The translations under genes were made by a program, and so were the position numbers. Of a stretch of DNA of 64,000 bases, positions 61,296-64,000 are shown in pieces. Each line of letters begins with the position of its first letter. Within the stretch, counting starts at the first letter, position 1. Under the pieces are notes generated by a model. The model searched no databases, was not told where the DNA came from, and was given only the letters and a program-made list of their open reading frames with translations. The stretch is from Bdellovibrionales bacterium (GTDB taxonomy: Bacteria > Bdellovibrionota > Bdellovibrionia > Bdellovibrionales > JAUICD01): positions 320,001-384,000 of the forward strand of contig OZ253553.1 of assembly GCA_965262715.1 (NCBI GenBank), read 5' to 3'.

Positions 61296-61610
61296 TCAAA
61301 AAGGAGGATCACCTGACTGTGCTTTCTTGCTCCTTGCCATATTTTCTGCTTTTTCTGCATATAATCTGGTTTGTTTGAAAGCTTCAGATGAAAGACGATA
61401 CTGCTTTTCTTTATAGTACATTTGTCCCTTTTGATAAAACTGTTGTGCCCTGTTCCAATACCCAGGAGCCAAGTGCACTGCATTGGCATTTTCTGCTGCC
61501 TTAATTGCTGTAAGTGCTATTGTATATTCTAAAACAGGCGTGCTATCTGTTTGACACCCTGTGATAAAGAACAAAAAAATAAGTAAGCTTTTTTTCATTT
61601 GTTTCCTCAT
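61296..61610 (-). CDS. DUF4398-like lipoprotein
   Basis: Lipobox ITGC; A..AI.AA....A...AP..W..A helical pattern, AEKAE. Confidence 0.75.
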   Translation of the reverse strand: MRKQMKKSLLIFLFFITGCQTDSTPVLEYTIALTAIKAAENANAVHLAPGYWNRAQQFYQKGQMYYKEKQYRLSSEAFKQTRLYAEKAENMARSKKAQSGDPPF

Positions 61611-61736
61611 AGAAATGACGATCTTTTCAAAGCGATTTCCTTGCAGAACTTATTTAATGAGCATTTACAAGGAGTTAAGGCACTTTGAGGAGGAATAAGC
61701 ATCGTATAACTTTATTATGTGCCCTATTCTTGATTT

Positions 61737-62300
61737 TCATCTAAGAGGCATAAAATTCACCCTTCTGTTTTTTAGATGATCTGCTCTTAAGTCACCTTCA
61801 GAAAGTAGCTTTTCCTCACCAAAACTGATGACATTCAACCTTTGAGGAGAAGCTCCAAGCTCTATTAAATAGGATTTAACAGTTTGCGCTCTTCTCTCTC
61901 CAAGAGCTAAATTGTACTCTAAAGACCCCCTTTTATCACAATGTCCTTCAAGTTGTAGAGAGACATCATTGTGCTTACGTATCCATTCCATATTTTGGTT
62001 CAACTTTTGTTTTGCGTCATCTGTTAATGTGAACTTATCATAATCAAAATGAATTGTATAAAGTCCTTCAATTTCCCCGCTGTCACTACCTGATGGATTA
62101 AAATCAATTGGAGCTGACTGAGGTAACCCTTCTTCTATATCTGACTCTGTAGGCTCCTCTACAGAAGGTGTTGAAGAGCAAGCTGCAATAAACAAACACA
62201 TCACTAAAAAAAGCAGTATTCGTTTTGCTTGGAAACTTTTTTTATAGAATATGCAGTTTTGTATTAACTGTTGTGTATGAAGAAATAGCTTTTGTATCAT
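61737..62300 (-). CDS. pal: Peptidoglycan-associated lipoprotein (OmpA family)
   Basis: Lipobox IAAC; IHFDYDK, EGHCDKRGSLEYNLALGERRA, NRRV. Confidence 0.93.
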   Translation of the reverse strand: MIQKLFLHTQQLIQNCIFYKKSFQAKRILLFLVMCLFIAACSSTPSVEEPTESDIEEGLPQSAPIDFNPSGSDSGEIEGLYTIHFDYDKFTLTDDAKQKLNQNMEWIRKHNDVSLQLEGHCDKRGSLEYNLALGERRAQTVKSYLIELGASPQRLNVISFGEEKLLSEGDLRADHLKNRRVNFMPLR

Positions 62301-62516
62301 TGTTTCTTACCCTCCTTAACGTTTTAGGATAGGTTTCATTCTTACTAACTACTACAAGGCTCAATATGACTAGTATAAAACATTTATAACTACTCTACAA
62401 TAGTTCAAATGATTGTCAATAATTAAGTGATTCATAATTTGACAAAAACTGTAAGGAACATTAAAAGTTTTCTTACCTATATAAATTGTTAGAGATTAAA
62501 ACTTATAAGGATAACT

Positions 62517-64000
62517 GTGACTATTTTATCTTCATCCTTTCGCTCTTTAGGATGGATTTTTTTCTTTTTTCTTTTTTTAAGTATGTTCCTAAATGTAACA
62601 GTTTTTGCTAAGCTATCTCATTTGCAATGGCAAAAATTAACAACCCCACATTTTGAAATTTTATTTGATAAAGAGCAAAAAGGCATTGCTTTAGAATATG
62701 CTATAGAAGCTGAAGTTGTTCATGAAATACTATCTTCTTATTTTTCAGAATTCCCTCTGTCTAAAACCCTTCTCCATATTGACAGTGAGACAGATGTAGA
62801 AAATGCATGGGCAACAATGGTTCCAGATTACTTTATGTCAGTAACCCCTAGGTGGCCTTCATCTTTGACTTTTCATTATGACTCTTGGAAATATTCTATA
62901 TTGATGCATGAATATACCCATGTTTTGCAAATGAGTCCTAAAGGCTCCTGGCTTTGGAGATCTCTTAGGTTATTGCTTGGTAATATGTCTTATCCAAATA
63001 TCTATTTGCCAGGTTGGTATCATGAAGGCATGGCTGTTGAAATTGAATCTTACTTTTCTAAGCTTGGCAGACTCAACTCTCCGTTTTTTTATGGTAATAT
63101 CCGCGCCATGGTTGATGAAGGGGCTTGGGGTAAAGAAAATATTTCAAGTATCAATGAAAAATCTATACCAACTTGGCCTTTTGGGAATCGTCGCTATTTT
63201 TATGGTTCTATCCTTATGAATGAGATTGCCAATGAAGAAATAGGCAGTATAGATAAATTAAATATAGAACAAGCTTCTCATGGTTCTCGCTTAGCTCTTA
63301 ATAAAGCTCCTAAGAGGCTTTTTGGAAAAACCTATGAAACAATGCTTCAGACAGCTTATGACCGCTGGCAACTCCAATCAGAAAAAGATTTAAAGATCTT
63401 AGAAAACTCTCCCATCAAAGAAAGTCAAACCCTCCCCCTTTTCAACACTTCAGAAAACATCATAGAACGTCATAGCCCTCAGATAAGCCCTGATGGTTAT
63501 CGCCTGATTTTTATTCAGGTATCTCTAGAACAAGGACCTCAAATTATCTTACTGACTAGACAAAATCTTAATGAGTCCTTTTTACCTTCTAAAGGGAAAA
63601 TTGTTGCTTTTGGAGAGAGGATACAATCACTTAATTGGGTAAATGATGAGGAATTTGTTTTTGATAGACTAAAAAATACAAAAAGAGGTAGTGTAAATCG
63701 CAGTTATAATGACTTATATAGAGGGCATATTTCGGGACGTAGGCCTCAAAGGATAACAACTGCAGAAAGGCTGCAATTTCCATCACTTAGTTGGGATCAA
63801 ACACATATTTTAGCTATACAAAGCAGAGGTGATCAAAACTTTTTAGTTCAGGTTCACCCTAAAACAAAAAACATTACTGTTCTATACACACCGGCTGATC
63901 CATCTCGCCTTTCCTATCCTTTAGCTTTTACAGAAGATGAAATTGCTTTTATAAAACAAGATGCTTATGGTAAGAGGAGGTTAACTCTTTGGAATAAGAA
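62517..64000 (+). CDS. Exported protein with gluzincin-like peptidase domain and PD40/TolB-like repeats, truncated by window edge
   Basis: Manual translation: WQKLTTPHFEILF, LMHEYTHVL, PGWYHEGMA, PQISPDG; absent from the ORF track, presumably because it has no stop in the window. Confidence 0.8.
   Translation, partial: MTILSSSFRSLGWIFFFFLFLSMFLNVTVFAKLSHLQWQKLTTPHFEILFDKEQKGIALEYAIEAEVVHEILSSYFSEFPLSKTLLHIDSETDVENAWATMVPDYFMSVTPRWPSSLTFHYDSWKYSILMHEYTHVLQMSPKGSWLWRSLRLLLGNMSYPNIYLPGWYHEGMAVEIESYFSKLGRLNSPFFYGNIRAMVDEGAWGKENISSINEKSIPTWPFGNRRYFYGSILMNEIANEEIGSIDKLNIEQASHGSRLALNKAPKRLFGKTYETMLQTAYDRWQLQSEKDLKILENSPIKESQTLPLFNTSENIIERHSPQISPDGYRLIFIQVSLEQGPQIILLTRQNLNESFLPSKGKIVAFGERIQSLNWVNDEEFVFDRLKNTKRGSVNRSYNDLYRGHISGRRPQRITTAERLQFPSLSWDQTHILAIQSRGDQNFLVQVHPKTKNITVLYTPADPSRLSYPLAFTEDEIAFIKQDAYGKRRLTLWNK

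Overview
AT-rich bacterial chromosomal segment, most consistent with a Bdellovibrionota lineage. This is inferred from FQNC-type lipoproteins, gene content and order, and many secreted ankyrin and metalloprotease proteins; host association is possible. Housekeeping content: nusA-infB-truB-rpsO-pnp plus a two-component pair, scattered suf genes (sufB, sufE, sufCD), folD-gcvT, tRNA-Asn and tRNA-Arg, mgtE-recO, rmuC, orphan pstAB, hsp20-clpB and pal-DUF4398-cpoB. It is interleaved with paralogous secreted proteins, pseudogenes, an IS5-family (IS903-like) element, several IS30 elements and at least three MITE families. Two signals stand out. (i) A family of non-coding, strongly co-varying hairpin modules (here X, Y, Z) forms head-to-tail arrays next to both tRNA genes and also sits as cargo inside unrelated IS/MITE families. 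(ii) A very AT-rich, translationally coupled three-gene module (23187-24903) ends in a small ADP-ribosyltransferase-like protein and is a candidate toxin-antitoxin-chaperone or defence system. All calls were made by eye without database searches.
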